From the NCBI RefSeq assembly GCF_000011805.1, contig NC_006840.2: a stretch of 32,000 bases of DNA; one strand, given 5' to 3'. A program made the position numbers and the translations under genes. This DNA comes from Aliivibrio fischeri ES114. GTDB lineage: Bacteria > Pseudomonadota > Gammaproteobacteria > Enterobacterales > Vibrionaceae. Shown one piece after another: positions 8,699-21,513 of this stretch; position 1 is the first letter of the stretch; every line of letters begins with the position of its first letter. The notes beneath the pieces are model-generated. The model was given only the letters and a program-made list of their open reading frames with translations, ran no database searches and had not been told where the DNA came from.

Positions 8699-9859
8699 TT
8701 ATTTCTGATAAACCAATTTACCCATTTGAATCGTTGTTGTAATGTCATTATTACTGTCAATAAGAGTAATGTTTGCTTTGTAGTTTTCTTTTAATTGACC
8801 GTATTCATTGTCTATTTTCAACGCTTGGGCTGGGTATAAGCTTGCCATTCTTAAGGCTTCTTCTTTTGATAAACCCACATGACTAATTAAGTTACGTACC
8901 CCATCAATCATAGTAATGGCTGCGCCTGCAATGGTGCCATCTTTATAGTGACATTTTCCATCGGTCACATAAGCAGGCGTTCCTGCCATATCAAACTCTG
9001 TTAAATCCGTTCCCGCAGGAGTGACTGCATCGGTAACCAAAAAGAGTTTTTCTTTTAGTTGTTCGTGAGCAATTTTAACTGATGGGTAAGAAGCATGAAT
9101 GCCATCTACAATAATACCTGCATGAGGTTTTTTATCGAAAATATAACCAACCACACCTGGTTCTCTTGAACCAAGAGGTGTCATTGCATTATATAAATGC
9201 GTAGCCATAGTGAAACCAGTACGGGCGTTTACTTGATCATAAGTGGCGTTGGTATGTCCAATTGAAACCGTAATCCCAGCTGCTGTTAAGCAATCTAGAA
9301 CGTCTTGTTTGATGTGTTCTGGAGCAAGTGTAATGACTTTTATTTGGTCACGATGTTGTGCAAGCAGCTGAGCGGTATTTAAATCTAGTTCACGAATGTA
9401 TTGTGCTTGGTGAGCGCCTTTTTTCTCAATACTGATGAAAGGTCCTTCAAGGTGAAGTCCTAATACACCTTCCTGTTCTGCATTCTCAAAATTGGTCATC
9501 ATTGACAATGTATTATGAAGGTCGAGTTCAGTACTGGTAATTAAGGTTGGTAAGTATTGAGTTGTTCCGTATTTTACGTTGGTTTTATTCATCGTTTCTA
9601 ATGTTGAAAGCGCTATATCAGTATTGAGTAACACACCACCACAACCATTAAGTTGAATATCAATAAAACCTGCGGTTGCTAATGCACCCTCTCCATCAAT
9701 GCGATCTAGAGTTAAAGAGTCAGCTTCTTTCATTGAAATTATGGATGAAATTGAATCGTTATTGATAATAATAGCCTGTTTTTCTTCTATTTTTTGACCA
9801 TTAAATACATCAACATTGGTAATCATATACTGATTATTTTGAGCATTTGTACTGTTCAT
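8699..9859 (-). CDS. nagA: N-acetylglucosamine-6-phosphate deacetylase
   Basis: 386-aa ORF with PGFIDIQLNGCGG, GLHLEGPFIS, GHTNATYDQ, THLYNAM, VDGIHA and VTDAVTPAG motifs. Confidence 0.93.
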   Translation of the reverse strand: MNSTNAQNNQYMITNVDVFNGQKIEEKQAIIINNDSISSIISMKEADSLTLDRIDGEGALATAGFIDIQLNGCGGVLLNTDIALSTLETMNKTNVKYGTTQYLPTLITSTELDLHNTLSMMTNFENAEQEGVLGLHLEGPFISIEKKGAHQAQYIRELDLNTAQLLAQHRDQIKVITLAPEHIKQDVLDCLTAAGITVSIGHTNATYDQVNARTGFTMATHLYNAMTPLGSREPGVVGYIFDKKPHAGIIVDGIHASYPSVKIAHEQLKEKLFLVTDAVTPAGTDLTEFDMAGTPAYVTDGKCHYKDGTIAGAAITMIDGVRNLISHVGLSKEEALRMASLYPAQALKIDNEYGQLKENYKANITLIDSNNDITTTIQMGKLVYQK

Positions 9860-9892
9860 TTTTCTGCCTTATCCATCAAATATTCATTCCTA

Positions 9893-9910
9893 TTGGAGTT
9901 ACACTCCGAA
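9893..9910. promoter_or_regulatory. Candidate NanR-type operator upstream of nagA
   Basis: TTGGAGTTACACTCCGAA: perfect GGAGT-tac-ACTCC inverted repeat (9895-9907), extended by near-matching flanks. Confidence 0.5.
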
Positions 9911-10012
9911 TTTTATACAGTCAAAAATACAGTAATGTCGAAATGCAATCAATTAAAATCCTTACAAATAAGGCGATTTGTATCTTCCAATTTTATTGGT
10001 TCTATTTTTAAA

Positions 10013-10026
10013 GAGATCTAGATCTC
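10013..10026. promoter_or_regulatory. 14-bp perfect palindrome in the nagA-nanE intergenic region
   Basis: GAGATCTAGATCTC; core GATCTAGATC equals the centre of the CRP consensus, but the outer TGTGA/TCACA arms do not match. Confidence 0.3.
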
Positions 10027-10048
10027 CATTTTTATATCTTTAGATTGA

Positions 10049-10083
10049 AGTATTACTCCGTTGGTGTAGTTTGGAGTAATACT
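10049..10083. promoter_or_regulatory. Candidate NanR-type operator upstream of nanE
   Basis: AGTATTACTCC-(13 bp)-GGAGTAATACT, perfect 11-bp inverted repeat; a further GGAGT at 10104-10108. Confidence 0.6.
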
Positions 10084-10116
10084 ATTATGTTGCTATTAAG
10101 TTTGGAGTTCAGCTTT

Positions 10117-10824
10117 ATGGGAAGCAATATCGACAAGACATTAAATGCATTATCTCAAGGCTTCGTTTCATCATGTCAGCCAGTTGATGATGGCCCAATG
10201 GATAAACCTGAAATTGTTGCTGCTATGGCAATGGCAAGTGTTGAAGGTGGCGCAATTGGTTTACGAATTGAAGGCATTGATAATTTAAAAGCAGTAAGAC
10301 CACATGTATCGGTTCCAATTATTGGCATTATTAAGCGTGATCTTGATGACTCTGAGGTTCGGATTACACCTTATATCGAGGACGTAATTGCATTAAAAGA
10401 AGCTGGGGCAGATATCATTGCAATTGATGCGACTCACCGACCTCGACCTGTACCCGTCGAAGAATTAGTAAAGAAAATTCAAAGCTTAGGTTGTTTAGTC
10501 ATGGCGGACTCTTCGACTTATGAAGAGGGAATGTTTTGTCATGGACTCGGTGTTGAAATTATAGGTACCACATTATCTGGATACACCACACCAGTCACTC
10601 CAAAAGAACCGGATTTCCCGTTCATTCAACAATTAGCAAATCAAGGGTGTTTTGTTATGGCTGAAGGGCGTTTTAATTCACCACAATTGGCTAGAGAAGC
10701 AATAGAAGCGGGAGCATCTTGCGTCACTGTTGGTTCAGCGATTACACGTATTGAGCATATTTGTGGTTGGTTTAAATCTGAAGTTGAACTAGGTAAGAAA
10801 AACATGGTTAAGGACATCGCATGA
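10117..10824 (+). CDS. nanE: N-acetylmannosamine-6-phosphate 2-epimerase
   Basis: ORF runs from 10045; the likely start is Met at 10117 ([38 protein letters not shown]). Contains [14 protein letters not shown] and [14 protein letters not shown]. Confidence 0.92.
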   Translation: MGSNIDKTLNALSQGFVSSCQPVDDGPMDKPEIVAAMAMASVEGGAIGLRIEGIDNLKAVRPHVSVPIIGIIKRDLDDSEVRITPYIEDVIALKEAGADIIAIDATHRPRPVPVEELVKKIQSLGCLVMADSSTYEEGMFCHGLGVEIIGTTLSGYTTPVTPKEPDFPFIQQLANQGCFVMAEGRFNSPQLAREAIEAGASCVTVGSAITRIEHICGWFKSEVELGKKNMVKDIA

Positions 10825-11696
10825 AGCCTTGCTTAACGGTTGATATTGGTGGAACTAAAATTGCAGCGGCAATCATTGAATCTGGAAAAGTGCTACGCCG
10901 TCAGCAAATTGCGACACCATCGTCTAGCCAACCAGAAGAGATGGATAAAGCGTTAGAGGAACTGTTAACGCCATTTTTAGATGATATTTCAACGGTTGCT
11001 GTAGCATCAACTGGGATCATTGATGATGGAGTATTAACTGCTTTAAATCCGTTAAATCTGGGTGGATTAAATAACTATCCACTAAGAGCTGTGATTGAAA
11101 AAATCACGAAAAAGCCAACAACAGTCATTAATGATGCGCAAGCTGCCGCATGGGCTGAGTACCAAACACTTGAGTTAAATATGGTTAACATGGCTTTTAT
11201 TACCGTATCTACTGGCGTTGGTGCTGGCGTTGTTATTAATGATGATTTGCTTATCGGTGCGAATGGTATTGCAGGTCACGCAGGACATACGCTTGCGGAT
11301 CCTAATGGACCAATATGTGGTTGTGGTCGTCGAGGCTGTGTTGAGAGTATTGCTTCAGGTACAGCGATAGGCCAAGCCGGAAAAACCTATTTTGGCGATA
11401 ACTGCACAGGGGAAATGGTTTTTAAACATTTTTCGCAAAATGACCCTAATGCCACAGATATCGTAAACGGTTCAGCTAAGGCGATAGCCAACTTAATTGC
11501 CGATTTAAAAATGGTATTAGATATTGAATTGGTCGCTTTAGGAGGCAGTGTTGGTCTTGCTCCTCATTATTTAGAACTCGTACAGCATTACCTAGCACAA
11601 CAACCTTCACCATACCAAACCAAGGTTCAGCATGCTCGTTGCGGCGCTGATGCAGGATTGATTGGTGTCGCTCATTGGGCTAGCAAAATACGTTAA
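10821..11696 (+). CDS. nanK: N-acetylmannosamine kinase (ROK family)
   Basis: 291-aa ROK protein: [58 protein letters not shown]; overlaps the nanE stop by 4 nt. Confidence 0.93.
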   Translation: MKPCLTVDIGGTKIAAAIIESGKVLRRQQIATPSSSQPEEMDKALEELLTPFLDDISTVAVASTGIIDDGVLTALNPLNLGGLNNYPLRAVIEKITKKPTTVINDAQAAAWAEYQTLELNMVNMAFITVSTGVGAGVVINDDLLIGANGIAGHAGHTLADPNGPICGCGRRGCVESIASGTAIGQAGKTYFGDNCTGEMVFKHFSQNDPNATDIVNGSAKAIANLIADLKMVLDIELVALGGSVGLAPHYLELVQHYLAQQPSPYQTKVQHARCGADAGLIGVAHWASKIR

Positions 11697-11755
11697 AAAA
11701 GAACTTCTAAGAAATAGTAATTTAACCCTACAAAAATTATACAAGGTATATTCCG

Positions 11756-13273
11756 ATGGAAGCACAATCATTTGGTACATTAAATTACATTGCTCTCTTT
11801 GCCTATCTAGGGGCAATTATGGCAGTGGGTGTTTATTTTGCTCGTCGTCAAAAGTCAGCTGATGATTACTTTAAAGCTGGGGGAAGGATCCCCGGTTGGG
11901 CTGCTGGTTTCAGTGTATTTGCAACAACTTTAAGCTCTATTACCTTTATGTCTATTCCGGCAAAAGCGTATACAAGTGACTGGACTTTCTTAATTGGTCA
12001 GTATGTCGCTATTGCTATTCTTCCTATCGTTTTTTGGTTCTATATTCCCTTTTTTAGAAAGCTAAATCTGACTTCTGTATATGAATACTTAGAAAGACGT
12101 TTTGATGTAAGAATGCGCTTATTCGGTAGTATTTCTTTCATGCTTTTCCATATTGGTCGTATTGCTATTGTTACCTATTTAACGGCGTTGGCGTTAATGC
12201 CATTCATTGATATTAGCCCGTTAATGATTGTGTTCTTAATTGGTGTTCTTTGTATTATTTATACCTTCCTTGGTGGTATCGAAGGGGTAATTTGGACCGA
12301 TGTAATTCAAGGTGTAATGCTTTCTGTTGCTGCCATTCTTATCTTTGTTGTTATTTGCTTTAATGTGGATGGCGGTATTGTTGAAGTGTTTAGCATGTCG
12401 AACCAAGCGGATAAATATTTCCCTGCAGAGCAATTTAGCTGGAGCTGGACGGACAGTACGATTCCAGTATTAATGATTGGTTTCTTCTTTGCTTCATTAC
12501 AACAATTTACAGCGAGCCAAGATGTGGTTCAGCGCTACATTGTGACTGACAATATTGATGAGACTAAAAAAGCATTGATCACTAATGCGAAATTAGTGGC
12601 TTGTGTTCCTATTTTCTTCTTCGCTGTAGGTTCTGCATTATTTGCTTACTACACTCAAAATCCAGAGCTGCTTCCTGAGAACTTTAACACGGGCGGTATT
12701 CTACCTTTCTACGTTATTTCTCAAATGCCTGTTGGGGTTGCTGGTCTAATTATCGCAGCGATATTTGCAGCGTCACAATCAAGTATTTCAAGTAGTTTAA
12801 ATAGTATTGCAGCGTGTTTTACTTCTGACATTTATGAAAAAGTGAGCAAGAACCCAACCTCAGAGCAGAAGCTAAGAATTGGTCGAACACTAACTGTTGT
12901 TGCTGGTCTTTTAGGTGTCGTCGCTTCAACATACTTAATTATGTCTAACGAAAGTGAAATTTGGGATGCGTTCAATAGCTTACTTGGCTTAATGGGTGGC
13001 CCAATGACAGGACTATTTATGCTTGGTATCTTTGTTCGTCGTGCAAATGCAAACAGTGCGTTATTAGGTGTAGTTGCAAGTATCGCTACCGTACTGTGGG
13101 TTCGCTCTGCAACAGATTTAAACTTCTTCTTCTATGGTGTTATCGGTACTTTGATGGTGGTTATTGTGGGTTACCTAACCGCACCAATGTTTAAGAATAA
13201 TTTAAACAGTGATGAAATTGATGAGCTAAGTGCAACAAAAGAAAAGCGTTCAACCACTGCTGAAAAAGCGTAA
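11756..13273 (+). CDS. Sodium:solute symporter (SSS family), probable sialic acid transporter
   Basis: 505-aa hydrophobic ORF, FKAGGRIPGWAAGFSVFATTLSSITFMSIPAKAY..., located in the nan operon directly after nanEK. Confidence 0.87.
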   Translation: MEAQSFGTLNYIALFAYLGAIMAVGVYFARRQKSADDYFKAGGRIPGWAAGFSVFATTLSSITFMSIPAKAYTSDWTFLIGQYVAIAILPIVFWFYIPFFRKLNLTSVYEYLERRFDVRMRLFGSISFMLFHIGRIAIVTYLTALALMPFIDISPLMIVFLIGVLCIIYTFLGGIEGVIWTDVIQGVMLSVAAILIFVVICFNVDGGIVEVFSMSNQADKYFPAEQFSWSWTDSTIPVLMIGFFFASLQQFTASQDVVQRYIVTDNIDETKKALITNAKLVACVPIFFFAVGSALFAYYTQNPELLPENFNTGGILPFYVISQMPVGVAGLIIAAIFAASQSSISSSLNSIAACFTSDIYEKVSKNPTSEQKLRIGRTLTVVAGLLGVVASTYLIMSNESEIWDAFNSLLGLMGGPMTGLFMLGIFVRRANANSALLGVVASIATVLWVRSATDLNFFFYGVIGTLMVVIVGYLTAPMFKNNLNSDEIDELSATKEKRSTTAEKA

Positions 13274-13280
13274 TTGATAA

Positions 13281-13799
<519 letters not shown>

Positions 13800-13812
13800 T
13801 TAATTGAAAATA

Positions 13813-13860
13813 AAAGCCCTGATACGTACTTAGTTATGGCATAAGTAGTATCAGGGCTTT
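13813..13860. terminator. Bidirectional intrinsic terminator between the nan operon and convergent ureG
   Basis: AAAGCCCTGATAC...GTATCAGGGCTTT, perfect 13-bp stem; the loop contains a further TACTTA/TAAGTA pair. Confidence 0.88.
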
Positions 13861-13917
13861 GTCTTATTTTAGGAAGGTTTATATTGATGCTTGTTTATCG
13901 CAATTTGTTTAGCGTCA

Positions 13918-14538
13918 TTATTTTGCGTCTAGCATGCCGCGATCAACGATGAACTCGATGATTTTATCTAAACCAACGCCTTCTTTCAGGTTTGTAAACA
14001 CGTATGGACGGGTTGGACGCATACGTGCCGTGTCAGATTCCATTACTTCAAGAGAAGCGCCAACATACGGTGCTAAGTCGATTTTATTAATGATCAATAA
14101 ATCCGATTTTGTGATACCAGGGCCACCTTTACGAGGGATCTTTTCACCTTCAGCAACATCAATCACATAGATGGTTAAGTCCGCTAGTTCAGGGCTGAAG
14201 GTTGCACTTAGGTTGTCGCCGCCACTTTCTACAAAAACAACATCTAAGTTTTTATGGCGCTGTGCTAACTCTTCAACAGCAGCTAAGTTCATTGATGCAT
14301 CTTCACGAATGGCAGTGTGAGGACAGCCACCGGTTTCTACACCAATGATGCGATCTGCTGCTAACGCTTCAGCTTGAGTTAGGATCTTGGCATCTTCTTG
14401 CGTGTAGATATCGTTGGTTACTACAGCGATTTGGTATGTATCGCGCAGTGTTTTACACAGTACTTCTAATAGTGCTGTTTTACCTGAACCAACAGGGCCA
14501 CCAACACCAATACGTAACGGTTGTTTGTAATCTTGCAT
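13918..14538 (-). CDS. ureG: Urease accessory GTPase UreG
   Basis: [19 protein letters not shown]-loop, [49 protein letters not shown]. Confidence 0.97.
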   Translation of the reverse strand: MQDYKQPLRIGVGGPVGSGKTALLEVLCKTLRDTYQIAVVTNDIYTQEDAKILTQAEALAADRIIGVETGGCPHTAIREDASMNLAAVEELAQRHKNLDVVFVESGGDNLSATFSPELADLTIYVIDVAEGEKIPRKGGPGITKSDLLIINKIDLAPYVGASLEVMESDTARMRPTRPYVFTNLKEGVGLDKIIEFIVDRGMLDAK

Positions 14539-14547
14539 TTTATTTTC

Positions 14548-15213
14548 TCACGATCTAAATAGTCGAGTGTATTGGCTCTCGTGTCGAGAGCTTGCCAATA
14601 CTTGCGCTGGGGTGAAGCTACCTATCAAGTGTTCAGGCCAGTGCTGTGATTTTTCTACTGCTTGCGGGATAACATCAGCCATTTCTAATAGCAGTTGTTG
14701 TCCGGCACTTTGTCCTAATGGAACCAATTTAATGCCGACAATAACGGCATTCTCTAACCATCCCCACGCATACGCTGCAGCGAGTTTGGTTGGTGTTAAG
14801 TTCCAATGGTTAGCGGCTAACGCAAAAGCAGCAACTTGAGTTTGTTTTACCATTGGTAGGGTGGTTTGATTTAATTCGATCCCTAATTTTGGTAATAACA
14901 TAGAGAAGGCGAGTCCTCTTTGTCTTTCTTCAAGGCGTAACTCTTTAGTTTCTCGATTAGCGATAATAAAATCACACCAATCTTGAGCTTGTTGCCACTC
15001 TTCTTGCTGCAGTAACTGAGTTAATTTGGCTAAAACAGGCAACTCTAGGGTTGCTAGGCTGTCCATTAATTGATTACTTAACCAATGTTTTAGCTCAGTT
15101 ACATTGGTTACCCAGCCTTTTTCAATCGCCCATTCTAAACCTTGTGAATAGGTGAATGAGCCAACAGGTAACGATGGGCTAATTAATTGGTAGAGCCGTA
15201 AATCCTCTAACAC
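14548..15213 (-). CDS. ureF: Urease accessory protein UreF
   Basis: [29 protein letters not shown] and cluster position between ureE and ureG. Confidence 0.95.
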   Translation of the reverse strand: MLEDLRLYQLISPSLPVGSFTYSQGLEWAIEKGWVTNVTELKHWLSNQLMDSLATLELPVLAKLTQLLQQEEWQQAQDWCDFIIANRETKELRLEERQRGLAFSMLLPKLGIELNQTTLPMVKQTQVAAFALAANHWNLTPTKLAAAYAWGWLENAVIVGIKLVPLGQSAGQQLLLEMADVIPQAVEKSQHWPEHLIGSFTPAQVLASSRHESQYTRLFRS

Positions 15214-15224
15214 AATGGCCGCCC

Positions 15225-15716
15225 TTAGTGGTGATGACCATCGTGTGAGCCTGCACTTGAACCACCGTAAGCACCTGGCTCTGGTTGGTATTTCGCTTGC
15301 TCTACTTTTACGTTTAACCCTAAACGTTGCACCATGTCATCAAGTACGTGATCGTGTAGGTAACGGCACCAACCAGCTTCAACTTGTAGAGGAACGTGAC
15401 GGTTACCTAAGTGATAACATGCTTTTGCAAGTAATAATAAGTCGTCACTGTAAACCGTTGATACGGTCTCTTCAGCTGCTGTGATCATTGCTTGAACACC
15501 ATCGTCACTTTCAACGATATCGTGCTCTTTTAATACGGTTCCACGAGGTAAAAACAGCCCCGCTTCAGAGCCATCACTTAACATCACTTTTAAACGACTT
15601 TTGGTGCGCTCTTGCATCGTTAGGCAAATGGTTAGCTCAGTTGCGTTATGAGCATGCTCTTCATTGTGATGATGCTCATCATGGTGGTGATGTACAAGAT
15701 GAGTAAATTTAATCAT
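15225..15716 (-). CDS. ureE: Urease accessory nickel chaperone UreE
   Basis: [35 protein letters not shown] motif; His-rich N-terminal segment ([15 protein letters not shown]) and C-terminal HDGHHH. Confidence 0.95.
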   Translation of the reverse strand: MIKFTHLVHHHHDEHHHNEEHAHNATELTICLTMQERTKSRLKVMLSDGSEAGLFLPRGTVLKEHDIVESDDGVQAMITAAEETVSTVYSDDLLLLAKACYHLGNRHVPLQVEAGWCRYLHDHVLDDMVQRLGLNVKVEQAKYQPEPGAYGGSSAGSHDGHHH

Positions 15717-15777
15717 GATTGTTCACTCTAAAAAGTGCCCCGCTGGTAAATAGGTAGAAAATCAGCGAGGCAGAGGG

Positions 15778-17837
<2,060 letters not shown>

Positions 17838-17847
17838 GATTTGCTCC

Positions 17848-18150
17848 TTAAACAATTGGCTCATGAATTGAAACAAGTTTGGTGCCGTCAGGGAAAGTAC
17901 ATTCAACCTGAACATCTGGAATCATCTCAGGGACGCCTTCCATTACATCATCAGCGGTTAAAATGGTACGACCGTAGTTCATTAGATCAGCCACTGTACG
18001 ACCATCACGAGCACCTTCCATTATTTCAAAACAGATTAAAGCCACGGCTTCTGGATAATTCAGTTTTAATCCACGGGCTTTACGTCTTTCAGCTATCATG
18101 CCAGCAGAGGCAAGCAGCAGTTTGTCTTTTTCTCTTGGTGTTAATTCCAT
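17848..18150 (-). CDS. ureA: Urease subunit gamma
   Basis: [61 protein letters not shown]. Confidence 0.97.
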   Translation of the reverse strand: MELTPREKDKLLLASAGMIAERRKARGLKLNYPEAVALICFEIMEGARDGRTVADLMNYGRTILTADDVMEGVPEMIPDVQVECTFPDGTKLVSIHEPIV

Positions 18151-18166
18151 AGCTATTCCAACTTAA

Positions 18167-19030
18167 TTATGTAGCCCAGATTCGTGGGACTTCGGGTAAT
18201 TTGCCTAACCAATGCTGACGAGTGTGTTGCCATAAAGTGCTAAAGCACGCCATCATAGGTTCTGTTTGGTGACCTAAATAACGAATAACCAGTAAGCCAT
18301 CAATCTCAGTAATCCCACAAATAGGGTTGCTACTGCCAAATAACTCAGGTTGTTCATGGAAATTTTCATCAATCAGTGTTCTTAATTTTTCTTCTAGTGC
18401 TTCTGAGGCTGGGTAAATATAAAGGTTGCCAAGCATGGGATAGTGCCTCATGCCTGCTGCGTGTTTTATTTCATCAATTGAATCAATGTACATCGACTCA
18501 GATAGCAGCAGTTGATCATCTACTTTGATATTGGTTCTGCCAGTAACAAATCCATTTTCAAATATTTCATCCAGAACAGGGCGACCAAAACAGTTCATCT
18601 CCCATCCAATAAAATGCGCATTCTTATGAAGCTCAACTTGAGTTTTTAATTGAGCCTGACTATCAGGAAAGAAGATATTTTCTTGAGGTAACCACTCTAA
18701 AAATCCATCACTTTCAACCGTAAGGTTTTGTGTTTGTGAAGAGGTAGCCCCTGAACTGCGATAAAACTTAGTCGCTCCTGGTGTCGTTAAAAGTGAGTGA
18801 GCCTGTGGTGATACATGAATATTGATATTGAGTTGATCGCCACCGACTACGCCGCCTGGAGGATGAAGTAAGTAGGTGTGAGCGATACCTGTTTCAGGAT
18901 AAAAAGGGCGCTGCACCATTAAAGGGCCAACTTGTTCTCGATGAACCAGTTTGGTATTTGTCCCTCTTTTTTCATAGAAAAGGGAAATATCAGCTAACCA
19001 ACCTGAAGATGATGTATTTATTTTTGGCAT
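18167..19030 (-). CDS. ureD: Urease accessory protein UreD
   Basis: 287-aa ORF: [44 protein letters not shown]...[14 protein letters not shown]. Confidence 0.95.
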   Translation of the reverse strand: MPKINTSSSGWLADISLFYEKRGTNTKLVHREQVGPLMVQRPFYPETGIAHTYLLHPPGGVVGGDQLNINIHVSPQAHSLLTTPGATKFYRSSGATSSQTQNLTVESDGFLEWLPQENIFFPDSQAQLKTQVELHKNAHFIGWEMNCFGRPVLDEIFENGFVTGRTNIKVDDQLLLSESMYIDSIDEIKHAAGMRHYPMLGNLYIYPASEALEEKLRTLIDENFHEQPELFGSSNPICGITEIDGLLVIRYLGHQTEPMMACFSTLWQHTRQHWLGKLPEVPRIWAT

Positions 19031-19399
19031 AACTAACCCTGCCGATATAGCATATTTCTTGAATAAGAAAGAATGAAAATAAATAGCGTACGCCTCCAGT
19101 TTAAAACTAGAGAAATAAGTATTCTGAATAAATTTTAATTGCCTAAATCTAGGCAGTGTCGAGTGAATTACTCTGGTTTAAATTAAAGAAAATTTATTTT
19201 GTGTAAACATGAATATGAATAAATAAATTGTCTTTAGATAAGATGTTTTGAACGATTTACCATGCGGATATTAATCCTATAATTTGTACTTGGCAATAGA
19301 TAAATAACGAAAAAACGCACTTTTTTAACTCGTTTTTTTTATTAAAAATAAAAAGAAAATTTGTTCTTTTATTTGATAGAAATAACAGAAGACTTCTTC

Positions 19400-19987
19400 T
19401 TAATTTATAGTAACTATTTTTTTACAAATGGAATTGAGTAAGTGTTTTTCGTGTGAAATAACTAAGAGTCCTATATTTCTCTTTTCTTGTAAAATCAATA
19501 ATTGCTTCCAAATGGTTTGTTGAGTTATCGAATCAAGTTGAGCGGTGATTTCATCACATAACAAATATTGAGTACTAGGCGTAAGCGCACGAAGTAAAGC
19601 CAAGCGTTGCAACTGCCCACCAGATAATTCTGTAGGAAAACGACTTAACCATTGTTTATCAATATCAAATTGACGTAGAAGGTGTTCAAAGTCATGTTCT
19701 TGAAAGCTTTCTTTTAATGATTTAAGTATGTGCCACTTAGGGTTAAAAGCCAGCTCAGGATGTTGGCCAACCCATTGGACTGGATTAGGTGCTTTTTTTC
19801 CATAGATAGGAACGTTAAGTTCTCCCATTTTTGGTTTGATAAATCCCGCTAATACCATCGCAAGAGTTGATTTACCTGATCCACTCACACCATTTAATCC
19901 AAGTCTTTCTCCTTTATGGAGGTTGATATTGGGTAGTGCGAGAGCTTTTTCTTGGTATTCGACTATCGCATTAGTTAAAGAGATCAT
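19400..19987 (-). CDS. Nik/Opp-type ABC transporter ATP-binding protein (second ATPase, NikE-like)
   Basis: LNGVSGSGKSTLAMVLAGF Walker A, ELSGGQLQRLALLRAL signature, CDEITAQLD; start taken at internal Met (MISLTNAIVEY), with longer ORF start at 20038. Confidence 0.85.
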   Translation of the reverse strand: MISLTNAIVEYQEKALALPNINLHKGERLGLNGVSGSGKSTLAMVLAGFIKPKMGELNVPIYGKKAPNPVQWVGQHPELAFNPKWHILKSLKESFQEHDFEHLLRQFDIDKQWLSRFPTELSGGQLQRLALLRALTPSTQYLLCDEITAQLDSITQQTIWKQLLILQEKRNIGLLVISHEKHLLNSICKKIVTIN

Positions 19988-19988
19988 A

Positions 19989-20741
19989 TCAATTCCAGTT
20001 TTTGGGTAGGGCATGCCATAGTGCTTGACTGTATGCATTACTATCGCCGTTTATAATATGGGTTGGTGTTGTGTATTCGCTAGAAGGTACGACATCATCT
20101 CTGCTGCTATCTAGAACCAATATATGATCCGCAATATTGATAACATGAGATAAATCATGACTAACGATAATGACTGTCTTTCCATCTGTATGAGCAAGAT
20201 GCTGGTAATGTCCAAAAAGAGGTTCACTGTATTCGTCATTAATCCCGCAGCTTGGCTCATCAGCAATCAATATGTCAGGTTGTTGGATAAAGGCCAGTGC
20301 TGAAAGTACGCGCTTTGCCATTCCTCCTGATAATTGGTATGGGTAGAGCTCTGCCACGGAAAAAGGCAGTTGTGCATGAGCTAATGCTTCACGGACCTTG
20401 TCTTTATTCTTACGAGTAAGCCATGAGTTTTTTGGAATAAATTGTGATAGTTGTTGGCCTATTTTAGTTGTTGGGTTTAATGCATTACGACTTTGAGCAG
20501 CTAACGCTAGCCGTGCCCCTTGTGCTATTTGGATTTCTCCTGATAGGGTAAAGTCATCAGAAAGAGCTTGCATGATTGCATTAATTAATGAGCTTTTTCC
20601 ACTACCACTCGCGCCTATTATGCCGAGAATTTCACCTTGCTTTAAAGACAGCGACAGATTAGAAAATAAAGGGGTTGTATCTGCTGTTAATCTGATTTCT
20701 AACGCTTTTAACTCAAGTACTATGCTGTTTTTATTTTTCAT
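19989..20741 (-). CDS. Nik/Opp-type ABC transporter ATP-binding protein (first ATPase, NikD-like)
   Basis: IIGASGSGKSSLINAIM, YQLSGGMAKRVLSALAFIQQPDILIADEPS; internal Met at 20741 chosen, longer ORF start at 20753. Confidence 0.85.
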   Translation of the reverse strand: MKNKNSIVLELKALEIRLTADTTPLFSNLSLSLKQGEILGIIGASGSGKSSLINAIMQALSDDFTLSGEIQIAQGARLALAAQSRNALNPTTKIGQQLSQFIPKNSWLTRKNKDKVREALAHAQLPFSVAELYPYQLSGGMAKRVLSALAFIQQPDILIADEPSCGINDEYSEPLFGHYQHLAHTDGKTVIIVSHDLSHVINIADHILVLDSSRDDVVPSSEYTTPTHIINGDSNAYSQALWHALPKNWN

Positions 20742-21495
20742 ATGACTTACCAATTGATATTAATAGCAATGAGCTTATTACTAACACTATCCCCGGAAAC
20801 AAAGCTAACCACCACTGCCCACTGAGTAGGTATTGGCTGGCTTCTGATAGCATACCACCCATAGAGGGGGTTGAGGGAGCGATACCAAAACCTAAAAAAG
20901 TGAGTCCAGCCCCATGAACTAATGCTTGAGGGTATAGCAGCAACATACCAATTAACATTTGAGGTAAAACGTGAGGTGTTATGTGAACAACATAGGTATG
21001 CACTTTTGAATGACCAAACGATAACGAATGTAAGACGTAAGGCTTTTTCCTAAGCTGTTCTATCTCAACTTTTAATAGACGTGTCAGTTTTGGCCAATGA
21101 CTCAATGTAATAGCAATGACAAGCCCTTCAAACCCACCGCCAACTAATACGGATAGTACGATCATGAGTAGGATATGTGGAAGGGAACTCCATACATCAA
21201 CAAGAAGGTTAATGATGTTATTCAGTGTATTGTTGATATTGCCAATTAAAGCTAAGCAGAGAGAAAGCACAGTACATAAAACAGAAGATATTCCTCCCAT
21301 AGCAAGACTAAACAATAGAGCCTTTAATGTACGGCTAAATACATCTCTTCCAAGCCAATCTGTGCCAAACCAGTCGAGTGAATTTGGTGCGATGTTTCGA
21401 TTAAATAAATTAATGGTTTCGCCATTGTTTTGCCAAGTAATGGAAATCAGAATTAATATGCAAAACAATAATAAAGGAAGGTGCTTTTTAAGCAT
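20731..21495 (-). CDS. Nik/Opp-type ABC transporter permease (NikC-like)
   Basis: WFGTDWLGRDVFSRTL motif near the N-terminus, GLTFLGFGIAPSTPSMGGMLSEA; hydrophobic. Confidence 0.87.
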   Translation of the reverse strand: MLKKHLPLLLFCILILISITWQNNGETINLFNRNIAPNSLDWFGTDWLGRDVFSRTLKALLFSLAMGGISSVLCTVLSLCLALIGNINNTLNNIINLLVDVWSSLPHILLMIVLSVLVGGGFEGLVIAITLSHWPKLTRLLKVEIEQLRKKPYVLHSLSFGHSKVHTYVVHITPHVLPQMLIGMLLLYPQALVHGAGLTFLGFGIAPSTPSMGGMLSEASQYLLSGQWWLALFPGIVLVISSLLLISIGKSYEK

Positions 21496-21513
21496 GGAAC
21501 ATCCCCTTTAAAA

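Noticed and set aside
9794-10021. 75-aa plus-strand ORF overlapping the nagA start and the intergenic region
   Set aside because: Begins within nagA on the opposite strand and crosses the candidate regulatory motif; no recognisable protein features.
11607-11862. ORFs 11607-11816 (-) and 11662-11862 (+) at the nanK/transporter junction
   Set aside because: Overlap nanK and the transporter start in alternative frames; no independent support.
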